DNA of 63,770 bases, counting the filler, from Octopus bimaculoides (taxonomy: Eukaryota), in NCBI RefSeq assembly GCF_001194135.2. It is 5 parts of 5 records of this genome, joined end to end, with 100 filler letters (N's around TTAATTAATTAA, not from the genome) between each part and the next. Parts side by side here need not be neighbours in the genome. Positions count along the whole stretch, not along the records: positions 30,409 to 53,742 come from NC_068988.1; positions 53,843 to 58,633 come from NC_068983.1; positions 58,734 to 62,119 come from NW_026421958.1; positions 62,220 to 63,770 come from NC_068990.1; 1 more part is not named here. The stretch is one strand, 5' to 3'. The stretch's first letter is position 1; every line of letters starts with the position of its first letter. Under the pieces are notes generated by a model. That model was given only the letters and a program-made list of their open reading frames with translations, had not been told where the DNA came from and did not search any database. Below, one piece after another: positions 52,261 through 63,770 of the stretch. The position numbers were made by a program, and so were the translations under genes.

Positions 52261-52794
52261 AAAATTAGTAATAACAAAATATAATACAGGAGTGTCTTCA
52301 AAACTGTCCCAGCTTAGCCGCAGTGCATTTACTGAAACATGAAACGTACACTTTTATCAGGAGCGAGAGTTACAACTTATGCCAAAACACGCAGAACCGT
52401 AAACCGTAAAAATAATTAAGAGACTAGTGGAGGACCTGTTAACAAATGAACGATTGAGCCAGCGAGCGAAGAATCGACGTTATTACAGCACTCATCAAAA
52501 ACAGCAACTAAATGTCTTTTAAATCGTACACTAGTGTATTTATACTGTAAGCTAGCCTACCTGGTATAATCTCATGTGTATTGTGTAAGAAAACAGTGTG
52601 TACGGGACGGCGCCAATAGTTTCAGGTTAATGGAAGAGTCTAGCTGTAAAATTCAGATCTACGAAGTAACCACACGGCTAAGCCCGCACGCAGTAAAACA
52701 CCTTGCAAATTAATCTTATATACATTATACTGTTTAGCATATTTTCGTTATACTTCCGTCCAACACAGTTTTAATGTGTTATTTTGTGGATATA

Positions 52795-53115
52795 GATATT
52801 TCGGTATTCATCTATTCGGAGAACGGGGACCTGGACAGAATTTCGTAGAAGGAAAGATGACGCTGGCTATCAAATGTTTTGTACACGCACGCACGTACAC
52901 ACACACACACACACACACACACGCACGCACGTACACACACTCGATAATCACTTTTAATTACCTTTCTTTGCTTATAGAATGTGTGTAGAAAAACATCTAT
53001 TTAAAACACACGCTTTGGAATAACATCAGAATACAAGCTGAAGTTATTTTTTTCTAAGAAAGTATACCAGAAATATAGAAGTGTTCTGTTAATGTATATA
53101 ATATTAATGTTCAAC
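52795..53115 (+). mobile_element. Unclassified interspersed repeat, copy 2
   Basis: Colinear with 44840-45166 (TATTCGG..GG(T/A)CCTGG(C/A)CAGAATTTC, (CA)n, GAATGTGTGTAGAAAAACATCT). Confidence 0.6.
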
Positions 53116-53607
53116 AATAACTGTTGTGTGGGGGTTTATCATTAGACTTTAGTGCAGTCACAAACCACTGGTGTTGTCTCGTACACTTTTTGTTTTCTTC
53201 CAGGTTATCATCACCGTATAACTGCAGTAGTGTGTGATTTTAAAGATATTTAGTTGCTATTTTAGATGAGTCCAGTAATTATGTGGATACTTCGGTCGCT
53301 ACCTCATTGGTTAATAGGTGCTCTACTAGTGTTATAATTAATTTTATACTTATATGGCCTTGTTTTTTTTTTGCATGTTTTGGCATAAGTTGTAAATATT
53401 GCTACTGATAAAAGTGTGCGTTAGTGTATCTTTGATATGTTTCAGTCACTGGATTGCGACCAAGTTGGGGCACTTCTTTATATTTTATTACTTTTTTTTA
53501 GGTACTTATTCTCACAAACTTCTATTGGGGACATGAAAAAAACCAACAGCGTTTGGGCTAGGGAACCACAAACACAAAAACCGAGATACGTACTAACACG
53601 CGCAAAC

Positions 53608-53652
<45 letters not shown>

Positions 53653-53742
53653 GTAGTATATTGCCACTTAAGTGTGGCTGACCCCTAGGGGTGGGTGTTA
53701 CTGTTGCTTTTAGCCCCAGGAGGACATCTCCTCCAGCTGGCT

Positions 53743-53842
53743 NNNNNNNNNNNNNNNNNNNNNNNNNNNNNNNNNNNNNNNNNNNNTTAATTAATTAANN
53801 NNNNNNNNNNNNNNNNNNNNNNNNNNNNNNNNNNNNNNNNNN
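53743..53842. other. Artificial 100-bp scaffold spacer N44-TTAATTAATTAA-N44
   Basis: Same structure as 30309-30408. Confidence 0.95.
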
Positions 53843-54005
53843 GCTGCCATTCTCTACCAGCATACCGAGGAGCAGCATGGAGGCAATTTGGGTCAACTTG
53901 ACGTCCGCATTTTATCCAAGCACCCAAAGGACCGCACACTCAGACAAATACAGGAGTACCTCCTCATAAATGCAACACCCCCAGTACTAAATAGGAAATA
54001 TACGT
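53843..54005 (+). mobile_element. Penelope-like element ORF C-terminal tail
   Basis: AAILYQHTEEQHGGNLGQLDVRILSKHPKDRTLRQIQEYLLINATPPVLNRKYT* fits the H..H / R.I.E..I..P.LN ending of GIY-YIG domains. Confidence 0.65.
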
Positions 54006-54359
54006 AGTAGGTAATCATACCCCCATACCCAAAGTTTATATTTATATACAGGTATAATAGTTAGTGGGCTGTTATGTAGATATATGTGTGCATGCATGTA
54101 TACGCATACGTATATATATATATATATATATATATATGTGCACATGTATGTAGGTAAATGGATATAAAAGCAAGCAGATAGACATACTGTCGGATAGGTA
54201 CATAGGTAATATAAATAAGTAAATGAGTGGATACTTTACCGGTGAGTGAGATAAATATTAAGGCACTAAAGAGAAAGACTCTCCTCAGACACAACAAGAT
54301 ATTTTGTTGATTGTTAATTATTATTTGGTATTGCCATTCTATGCCAGATTAGTACAATG

Positions 54360-55110
54360 TTCCACTGCAGTTTGAAATCGAAACTTCTGGAGTCCATATA
54401 TATTCAGCTAATGCTCTGTAATAACATTTATTTTGGTTTGTAAATGTATTAGTGGGTGTAATGCAGGTCTTCGCAAAATTGATTTATTATCATTAATGGA
54501 AATACGAAGTTCATTTAATAGACTTTCAACGTTATTTTTACGACTATTTTAATTTACATGCGTAAATTAAGCGATTTTCTGTTTTGTGTATGTTTCATGT
54601 TGCTTTGTGTCGAGTGAGATTATTTTTTTCTTTTTCCGTACCAATAATACTAGCTTTTATTAGCGGATATTTACACCAGTACCCGTAATTATTATTTTGA
54701 GCGACTTTATTAGTACAGTGTCTCATGAGATTTTTAAGTATCTTCAGGCTTCTTTAAATGCATGAATGAGGAAAAGTTTTCGTTTTGCAAGGAGGTATCT
54801 TGCAATTGTATGTGTTCATTTTTGTGAGATACGAACTAATAGTATGTTCTAAGTTACATATCTAATGTTATTAAGGATGCTACATTTCCTGTGCCTGGAT
54901 TGGTAGATTTTTCTCATTATGACAAAGCCATCTCTAGGTATGTTTAATCTTACGTAGCCTCCGTCAGGCGCATTATGCCACATTCTTCTTATATTGTTCG
55001 GTTCGTGGTCTAAGTGCCATAAGATGTTGTATCTATTTTGTGATTGCACATAAATTTTGTTTCTGCATTTGAATATTAATAGCATTTTACGTAGAAGATA
55101 TTTTAATATC
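54360..55110 (-). mobile_element. Penelope-like element fragment, highly degenerate
   Basis: Minus-strand IRRMWHNAP (cf. IIWFNPP), TYNCKIPPCK (cf. CNCR..CP) and ALAEYIW (cf. LSKYIW), in the correct order. Confidence 0.55.
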
Positions 55111-55291
55111 ATCATCCTTAGAATCATTGCTTCAATTAGTCATAACATGGCCACAATAATTTTAGGCGTATTGTGTACTAAGGTATTAATTACATTCACA
55201 TATAGGGGAGCACACTCATATTTGCATGTGGGCATATATATATGTGTGTGTATGTGTGCGTGCGTGCGTGTGTATGTATACACCTATATAC

Positions 55292-55329
<38 letters not shown>

Positions 55330-55589
55330 CTGTATATACGCATATATATATGCATATACGTATATATAAATACACACACACACACNNNNNNNNNNNNNNN
55401 NNNNNNNNNNNNNNNNNNNNNNNNNNNNNNNNNNNNNNNNNNNNNNNNNNNNNNNNNNNNNNNNNNNNNNNNNNNNNNNNNNNNNNNNNNNNNNNNNNNN
55501 NNNNNNNNNNNNNNNNNNNNNNNNNNNNNNNNNNNNNNNNNNNNNNNNNNNNNNNNNNNNNNNNNNNNNNNNNNNNNNNNNNNNNNNNN

Positions 55590-55628
<39 letters not shown>

Positions 55629-56339
55629 ACTTCAACGATTCCTCGCTTCTATCCAGTTCTATTAGTTAATAGACCTGCTCAGTCGTCAGTTATTCTGGAT
55701 GCGCTGTGTGTCAGAAAAAAGTAGATATAACCACAAATAATGGGGCTGTGCATACATGATCAGACTGTATTCATGCCGGTAGAAACGACCTGCTACGGTA
55801 AATCGTGTATATCGTACATCCAGAAGTGGCTACTGCAGTAATTAATCCCGAATATTATTAGGTGTACAATAATCAAGAAATTCTCGTGGCTGTGTCCCTG
55901 TACCAGCATTACCACTGATGGTGTACTATCCTAGCTCTCAAGTATTTTTCGAATATAATACACACACACACATTTATATATAATATATACATATTAAAAT
56001 GGAATGTAGTCGGGATTTGTATAGTAACTGTTTATTTAGCACTTTCAATCTTTCCAGCAATTCGAATCATCCCTGAAACTAATGTGTCGTAATTGAGATG
56101 CATTGCTGCGTGTACGTTAGGAACAACAGCTTGCGAACAAATAACAGCATTTTATTTTACTGCCCAAATAACTTTGAATTAAAACTGCGACAACAAATTT
56201 TACGCTTTAAACTGACAACAATCGAGCTGATGACTACGGTGTATGTGAACGAGTCAAAACAATTCTGTCGTCCAATCACATCTCGCTCAGCGGAGAACGT
56301 GACAACATTGCAGCCCGCAAAAATCAACACGTCAACTAG

Positions 56340-56640
56340 CGCATGAAAGTGACATAACGAAACACAATGCATACAATGAGTAGAGTGTTGCATAAAGAAT
56401 TAAATTTTCTTCCGTGGAAACCCCATTACATGCAGGAGCTAAAGCCCGAACACTGTGACCGCAGAAGTCCAGATCTCACCCCTAATGATTTTTACCTGTG
56501 GGGTTGCACAAAAAGAGGTGTACAAGACAAAATGTCGCACACTGGAGGACTTGGAGATACGGATTCACAAGGTTCTCAATGGTATCCCAGACGACGTCTT
56601 TCAGAAGGTTGTTCATTCCATCCCTCACTTTTGCCGGGCC
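56340..56640 (+). mobile_element. Tc1/mariner-superfamily (Tc3/maT-like) transposase remnant, internally deleted
   Basis: LHKELNFLPWKPHYMQELKPEHCDRR joined to RSPDLTPNDFYLWG..EVYKTK.RTLEDLEIRIHKVLNGIPDDVFQKVVHSI. Confidence 0.8.
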
Positions 56641-56791
56641 ACTACGCTACAAGAACGTAAATACACCAAGACAAGAACTGTTGTCAAACGGTGCGAGGGG
56701 ACAAACAAATCCACGAAAATAAATACATACACGTGTGTATACATGTATATATATCGATATCTACCTTTATATATAGATTTTTTATGAGTAT

Positions 56792-56825
<34 letters not shown>

Positions 56826-57836
56826 NNNNNNNNNNNNNNNNNNNNNNNNNNNNNNNNNNNNNNNNNNNNNNNNNNNNNNNNNNNNNNNNNNNNNNNNNNN
56901 NNNNNNNNNNNNNNNNNNNNNNNNNNNNNNNNNNNNNNNNNNNNNNNNNNNNNNNNNNNNNNNNNNNNNNNNNNNNNNNNNNNNNNNNNNNNNNNNNNNN
57001 NNNNNNNNNNNNNNNNNNNNNNNNNNNNNNNNNNNNNNNNNNNNNNNNNNNNNNNNNNNNNNNNNNNNNNNNNNNNNNNNNNNNNNNNNNNNNNNNNNNN
57101 NNNNNNNNNNNNNNNNNNNNNNNNNNNNNNNNNNNNNNNNNNNNNNNNNNNNNNNNNNNNNNNNNNNNNNNNNNNNNNNNNNNNNNNNNNNNNNNNNNNN
57201 NNNNNNNNNNNNNNNNNNNNNNNNNNNNNNNNNNNNNNNNNNNNNNNNNNNNNNNNNNNNNNNNNNNNNNNNNNNNNNNNNNNNNNNNNNNNNNNNNNNN
57301 NNNNNNNNNNNNNNNNNNNNNNNNNNNNNNNNNNNNNNNNNNNNNNNNNNNNNNNNNNNNNNNNNNNNNNNNNNNNNNNNNNNNNNNNNNNNNNNNNNNN
57401 NNNNNNNNNNNNNNNNNNNNNNNNNNNNNNNNNNNNNNNNNNNNNNNNNNNNNNNNNNNNNNNNNNNNNNNNNNNNNNNNNNNNNNNNNNNNNNNNNNNN
57501 NNNNNNNNNNNNNNNNNNNNNNNNNNNNNNNNNNNNNNNNNNNNNNNNNNNNNNNNNNNNNNNNNNNNNNNNNNNNNNNNNNNNNNNNNNNNNNNNNNNN
57601 NNNNNNNNNNNNNNNNNNNNNNNNNNNNNNNNNNNNNNNNNNNNNNNNNNNNNNNNNNNNNNNNNNNNNNNNNNNNNNNNNNNNNNNNNNNNNNNNNNNN
57701 NNNNNNNNNNNNNNNNNNNNNNNNNNNNNNNNNNNNNNNNNNNNNNNNNNNNNNNNNNNNNNNNNNNNNNNNNNNNACTAATAACCTAGTGCAGAATTCA
57801 ATATACATATGCTTCAGAACGAAGCGCTAGTCGAGT

Positions 57837-58227
57837 TGTTGTTGTTGGCACTCCGTCGCTTACGACGTCGAGGGTTCCAGTTGATCCGATCAACGGAACA
57901 GCCTGCTCGTGAAATAAACATGCAAGTGATTGAGCACTTCACAGACACACCGTACCCTTAACGTAGTTCTCGGGGATATTCAGCGTGACACAATGTGACG
58001 AGGCTGACCATTTGAATTACAGGCACAACAGAAACAGGAAGTAAGAGTGAGAGAAAGTTGTGGTGAAAGAGTACAGCAGGGTTCGCCACCATCCCCTGCC
58101 GGAGCCTCGTGGAGCTTTAAGTGTTTTCGCTCAATAAACACTCACAACGCCCGGTCTGGGAATCGAAACTGCGATCCTATGACCGCGGGTCCGCTGCTCT
58201 AACCACTGGGCCATTGTGCCTCCACAT
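57837..58227 (-). mobile_element. SINE family C, full length with perfect TSD
   Basis: Reverse complement of 30784-31162 with a (CAA)n tail; 11-bp TSD GCTAGTCGAGT at 57826-57836 and 58228-58238. Confidence 0.92.
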
Positions 58228-58571
58228 GCTAGTCGAGTACAGAGCGGTAATAATAAAATAAGAAAACAAAAGAATAAACGATTATCTTCTCAGCATCATT
58301 AGCTTACAGCTTTTTCTGCTATAAAATGAAATGGACACATAATTTTGCCCACTATATTTTAGCTTAACCAGAGCCTCGAATCTGAAGTGTTGTACATTTG
58401 CGAAAAGAATTAATGCATCTATGCATATATATATACAGGAAAAACATTACGAATGAGAAAGTCCTACGCTAAATAGAATAATGTTTGGTAAAACCAGAAT
58501 TAGAATATCAGGGTAATTACTTTTAACAGTAAAATGTTTGTATACATACACGTACTCATGTACATACCCAC

Positions 58572-58633
<62 letters not shown>

Positions 58634-58733
58634 NNNNNNNNNNNNNNNNNNNNNNNNNNNNNNNNNNNNNNNNNNNNTTAATTAATTAANNNNNNNNNNN
58701 NNNNNNNNNNNNNNNNNNNNNNNNNNNNNNNNN
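58634..58733. other. Artificial 100-bp scaffold spacer N44-TTAATTAATTAA-N44
   Basis: Same structure as 30309-30408. Confidence 0.95.
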
Positions 58734-59200
58734 CCAAGTCTTTATTTAGGTTATTTTTCTTTCAGATTTTATATGTATATGTTGTTGTGTTTTCGTTCTT
58801 TTGAGTAGTGCACTGCTGTACAATAAGCGTGTAGGATTGAAATATATTCCTCACGTGTCCATTTATGCCTTTTTGGTTTTATTTGTAGGACATGAGGAAC
58901 CACGTCCGGCCCTTTATTTTGACGGTCATCATTTTCGTAGGGTACCGGTCCGTTCATTTCTGTTGTTAAATTGTTTTGCACGTGTAGTTTTTCGTACTTT
59001 TTGTGTAACAAGTTTAAAGTACGCACTTCCCGATTGTTATTCCTATGTTGAATAATGCCGATATTATTTAAATTATTTGTAATTTTTTTGTACATGGTGT
59101 TTGGGGCCGGAGATGGTGTGGTGTTGATGGATCGTAATGTGTCGAGTGTGTTTACATGCGCTGTGCGAGCAATGGAGATGATATCCAGTTAAAATACATA
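58734..59200 (-). mobile_element. Probable R4/Dong-like LINE ORF N-terminal fragment
   Basis: KRHKWTREEYISILHAYCTA resembles the N-terminal R.KWT.EE...L..Y motif of R4/Dong ORFs; cut off by the spacer. Confidence 0.55.
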
Positions 59201-59354
59201 ATTTCATTTGGAAAATAGAAATAAATTTCAATAAGTATTACTTACTCGGATGTAGTTCAATTCTTTGTCAGCTATTTTTGGCAATGTTTTTATTTCCGAT
59301 GTTTTTAGATAAATTTCGGAGCAGTGTTTTATCGCTCTCACATGTTAAACGTCC

Positions 59355-59440
59355 CCGGTGTCATCCCACTGCTTGGAATTGAACACGGAATCTTGGGGTT
59401 AGAAGCTCTCACTCTTAACTACTACGCCATATACCCGTAT
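59355..59440 (-). mobile_element. tRNA-SINE head fragment
   Basis: The reverse complement gives GGCGTAGTAGTTAAGAG and B-box-like GTGTTCAATTCC. Confidence 0.55.
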
Positions 59441-59588
59441 TTTTCTGCAATGTATGGATAATTTATCTTGTTCACACTATTTTATTATTTAGCATTATCA
59501 CGCGTTTGTGAATAAAAAAATTATTTCTGTATATTTCGATACATCTCAACGCTTCTAAAAACAAACTTTGTTTACTTCCATCGTAAGT

Positions 59589-59589
<1 letters not shown>

Positions 59590-59655
<66 letters not shown>

Positions 59656-59684
59656 CAACAACAATAATAATAATAATAATAATG

Positions 59685-59747
<63 letters not shown>

Positions 59748-59748
59748 T
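59590..59748. repeat. (AAT)n microsatellite
   Basis: Direct reading. Confidence 0.95.
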
Positions 59749-59899
59749 TTTAAAAAAGATTGACATAACTTTTCACAAAGGTAAACAATCAAGACGAAGA
59801 GCGCGATTCGATTGTAAGATATTTTATTAGTTGAACGATATTTCAACAGTACGTCTGTCTTTGTCAAGTTCAAAATAAGAAGTGTTGGTGTTGTTTAAT

Positions 59900-61078
59900 T
59901 TGTTTGCTTGACTGTATGTAGTGGTGATGGTCTTGTTGTTGTTTCTATTGTGTCTGTGTATGCTATGAGTATGGTGTCTGCAGTTTTAGATGCTTGTGTT
60001 CATGTTTGTTCTTGTGTCTGTTTAGGTTGTTTGCGTTTGGGGGATTCTGGTGATAGTGATGGTGTTGGTTGTGTTGGTGTTTTTGGGGAGTTGTCTGCGT
60101 GGGTGGTGTCTGTATTTTTTATTGTGGGTGTTGTCATGCTTTGTGGAGTTTTTCTTATGTGCTTTCTTTTTTCCTTCAGCTTCACTACTGGAAGATGAAG
60201 GTTGTGTTGCTGTAAGTGTATCTGCGTGTATGCTTATAATCTTGTTTATGTGTGTATTTTTGTTTAGTGTGAGAGGGTGGGAGGGCTTTCCTTGTTTCCC
60301 ATTAGGCTGATTAATGTCTTTGGTATTGTTGCTGGTGGTTTTGCCAGCACTGGTGTTGTTTGTGGTCCACGTCCCGGCGTAGGCAGCAGTGGGAGCCTTT
60401 GATGGAGGCAGTGAGCTCGCAATTGAGTCGTTCTCTACACACGAAACAATGCGGCTTTTGCCCTCAGTTATGATATGTATCATTGTCCCGTTCTGGAGAC
60501 GGATGTGGTCCGGGATCTTTTTATGTTTTCAGTATCTCGAGGTCAACCCCGGACCAGTCCTCCCTGGCAGTTCTTGTCCCCTCTATTGGGACAGAATTTT
60601 TTTTATCTCCACATATCTGATCCTGGTGGGATCCTAAGAATGCAGACACGTACTGTACGTTTCCCCACGTGGGAGGGGTACATAATGACTTTGCTGGTTT
60701 TACAGGGCGGTTATTGAATGTTTCATAGCGAGGGCTTCTGACTTAAACAGCACCGAAATGGTGCCGTATTGTTTGTCCTTCGCTAGGTATTCGATGTCAT
60801 TGCTGATGCACCTCAGCGCCGCCTCAATGTTCACTTGGGCTATTAAAGCCACTCTTTTCGTGTCTGTTGAGATGCATCTGCAAAGCACCATTCTTCTCTC
60901 CACTGCTCCAATTGCCTCTGATGGAACAGTGAGACTGGCCCACGTTTTCTTTTGTTTTAACAATTTCCAAGTTTGTGTACGCATTTGGTCCCTATTTGCG
61001 AGGTCTACGGTAATGTGCTCCTCGCTCTTCGCTGCCGCGAATGTATTTTTGTTGTTGGCAATGTTCTCGTTGTTGTTT

Positions 61079-61137
<59 letters not shown>

Positions 61138-61640
61138 GCTGCTGCTGCTGCTGCTACCGTTGTTATTGATGTTATTGATGTTCTTGTCGATGTTGTTAGT
61201 ATTGGTTTCGTTGTTGTTGCTGTTGTTACTTTTACTATCATAGTTGTTCTTCTTGTTGCTACTGTCGTTGTAGTCTCTTTCGTTGATGTTGTTACTGTCA
61301 CAACTACTACTGCTGCAGCAGCTATCACTGTTGCGGTTGCTGCTTTTGTCACTGTTACCGCTTTGCTGTCACTGCTACTACTATTGTTACAAGTTGGACT
61401 TTGTACTGTCTCGTTTTTCTCCTCCCCTTCCTCTGTATTTTGCCAGTAACGGAAGGAAGGGGGAAGTCTTCGGCATTTGTCAGATTTACGAGAGGGGTTG
61501 TGTTCTTTTTTCTTAACTCTTCCAAGACGTGCTCTGCCATTTTGTTGAGTTGCATTTGATTCAATTAAATTAACGCCCACCGAAATTATTTGGTGGGCCG
61601 AATATCGCCCCTCTGGGGCTAAACAACCATAGAAAACCAC
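59900..61640 (-). mobile_element. Probable L1/Tx1-type LINE ORF1 remnant with poly-Thr expansion
   Basis: Three consecutive minus-strand ORF pieces (61005-61640, 60700-60984, 60022-60483) with IEYLAKDKQYGTISVLFKSEALA and IPDHIRLQNGTMIHIITEGK (cf. IPD.I...V.VEGR preceding ORF1 zinc knuckles). No ORF2 follows. Confidence 0.55.
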
Positions 61641-62119
61641 TAACAGGTTCCTGGTGTTTCTGTTTACAGCTTGGAATAAAATAATTTTTGCAAAATGACA
61701 CCAATCCTGTTGTAAATCAATATTTTGAACTGAACTTACTTGGAGCGTTCGAAAACACGTCCGATGTGTTCCGCGAATAACAACATGGATGTGCTACACC
61801 GGGCTCCCTATACAAAAACATATCTAATCCAATAACATCGATGGAATTAGCCAAAAGAACCGGTGGAAGATTTGAAGGAAGCGGTCTTTTAACGAAGATA
61901 ATTTTTTTAAGAATATTTTTTATTCTTAAAAAATGAAATTTCACTGCAATACAAAGCACAGGACCTCCTATGCACGATGTCTCAATGAAACACGTGCGAT
62001 CACACACGCAAAACCAACACCGGAAAGTTTACAAACTATATAAAAAAAAGAAATGGAACAAAATAGTAAGTACATATATTGAATAATTACGCATACACTT
62101 GAACGTGTACACAATGATA

Positions 62120-62219
62120 NNNNNNNNNNNNNNNNNNNNNNNNNNNNNNNNNNNNNNNNNNNNTTAATTAATTAANNNNNNNNNNNNNNNNNNNNNNNNN
62201 NNNNNNNNNNNNNNNNNNN
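62120..62219. other. Artificial 100-bp scaffold spacer N44-TTAATTAATTAA-N44
   Basis: Same structure as 30309-30408. Confidence 0.95.
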
Positions 62220-62257
62220 AGTGAAGTGAAAGCACGTTATAAAAATAAAACTACTGT

Positions 62258-62259
62258 AC

Positions 62260-62335
<76 letters not shown>
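62258..62335. repeat. (AAT)n microsatellite
   Basis: Direct reading. Confidence 0.95.
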
Positions 62336-62589
62336 GAGAATACGAAGAGCGCAATGCGATTGCAATATATATTTTATTGGTTGAACGATATTGCGAAAGC
62401 AAGCCTGTCTTTGTCTAGTTCAAAATAAAAGGTAATAAAAATTCAAAATTATAGAAATTTAATTTTAAAATATGAACCTGAGCAACCAGCGTCTATACGC
62501 TGATGGAATGACATCATCAGTCTTTAAGTTTCAATTTTATAACTAGCGAAAAGAAAAAGACAGACAAAAAGTGAGAAGAAAGGAAAGAA

Positions 62590-63235
62590 AAAAGAACATA
62601 TTTCTCCTCATGCATTTTGAGAAGTGAAAGTGAAGCAGATTCAGAATATTTTCTGAGAATATGCACCTTCAAGTATTTTTCAAAATTGCAGCCGATTTAA
62701 GCAAAATGTTCGGCAAGTTCTATCGAACTACTGTTATTATGCCTGATGTCATATCTGTACCCATTAAATCATTTGTTTAATTGTTCTGTTGTACAACCAA
62801 CATAAATCAAGTTGTATTTCATGCATTCTGCCACGAAAACAGAATGGGAATCATTGCATGTCTCACCTTCTGTATAAATCATATTTCTGTTATGATTCCT
62901 GATGGAATTCGCTTGACTCATGTTGTTGCACAATAAACAGGGCTTACCTCTCTTGCGGCCGTTTTTCAAGGTACAGCGTGCAGATACTCCAATGTTAGTT
63001 TTCTTGGAGTCAGAAATAGAGGTCAATAGTTCTCTTATATTTTTATTCCGTTTAAAGGCTACAATAGATGGCTGAGGAAATACCTGTTTGAAACGAGGAT
63101 ATTTTTCCGCAACATGCTGGTAACTTTCATGCAGCACTTTTGAGATGCCAACGAAATTTTGGTGCCAGTGAATCAGTAAAGGAATTCTGTCACACATTGT
63201 ATAGTGTTTGCTAAACTTATGCATGAAGGTTTGCT
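62590..63235 (-). mobile_element. Penelope-like element linker and GIY-YIG endonuclease, degenerate
   Basis: FPQPSIVAFKRNKNIRELL..PCLLC..CNDSHSVFVAECMKYNLIYVGCTTEQLNK*FNGYRYDI..LAEHF..KVHIL. Confidence 0.88.
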
Positions 63236-63431
63236 ATCTTATTTGCTATTTCCTTTAATCGTGATTCACTGTAACTGTGTTTGACATGATAATGTTCAAA
63301 TGCATTATATGATATATCATATAATTCGGTCAAATTAAATATTAAGGCAGTATAACTTTTCCCAGACAACAAAATTTCTCAACACACGAATTCACATGAA
63401 GAATCTTGCAAACAAGATACAAACACGAAGT

Positions 63432-63476
<45 letters not shown>

Positions 63477-63770
63477 AGAATGATGATAAATGGTTTTACC
63501 GATAAAGGTTTTTTTCATACTGAACTACTTGGCAAAATTGTTAATTATTAATTCTATTATTAATTGACGATTCTCTGCCCTTATTCTTGTATATTTTATA
63601 TTTGATACCTCTAAGTTAGATGGCTAAACCGTAATCCCTTCACACGGGACTTTTTTCATACGGGACTATTTGTGACGCACATGGAATAGATTTCTTTGAG
63701 ATGAGATGCCTGAACTCACTAACCGATGAATTCGTAAGTGCCTTTCTTATCGTTGATTTTTGGTGTCGCA

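Overview
This is AT-rich, microsatellite-dense animal genomic DNA with many N gaps. The repeat landscape (tRNA-derived SINEs, abundant (CA)n/(TA)n/(TACA)n/(AAT)n) resembles an Octopus draft assembly; that species call is inference. I could not identify an intact host protein-coding gene. Most of the ORF track is microsatellite or N-gap noise, and only three weak splice-bounded candidate exons were seen. The recognisable content is mobile DNA: four tRNA-SINE families; a same-strand cluster of about seven R4/Dong-like restriction-like-endonuclease (RLE) LINE fragments, mostly separated by (TACA)n; Tx1/L1, CR1/Jockey-like and Penelope-like fragments; mariner/Tc1 remnants; a Merlin transposase remnant; and three Merlin-type MITEs, one with a perfect 8-bp TSD and one with a central (CCCTAA)n(TTAGGG)n palindrome. 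Four 100-bp N44-TTAATTAATTAA-N44 spacers are artificial joins, so the window is five segments whose adjacency is unproven. The best leads are a putative (TACA)n-targeting, self-seeding RLE retrotransposon array (37.4-42.9 kb) and the telomere-repeat-carrying Merlin MITEs. Boundaries are by-eye estimates unless a TSD or TIR is quoted.
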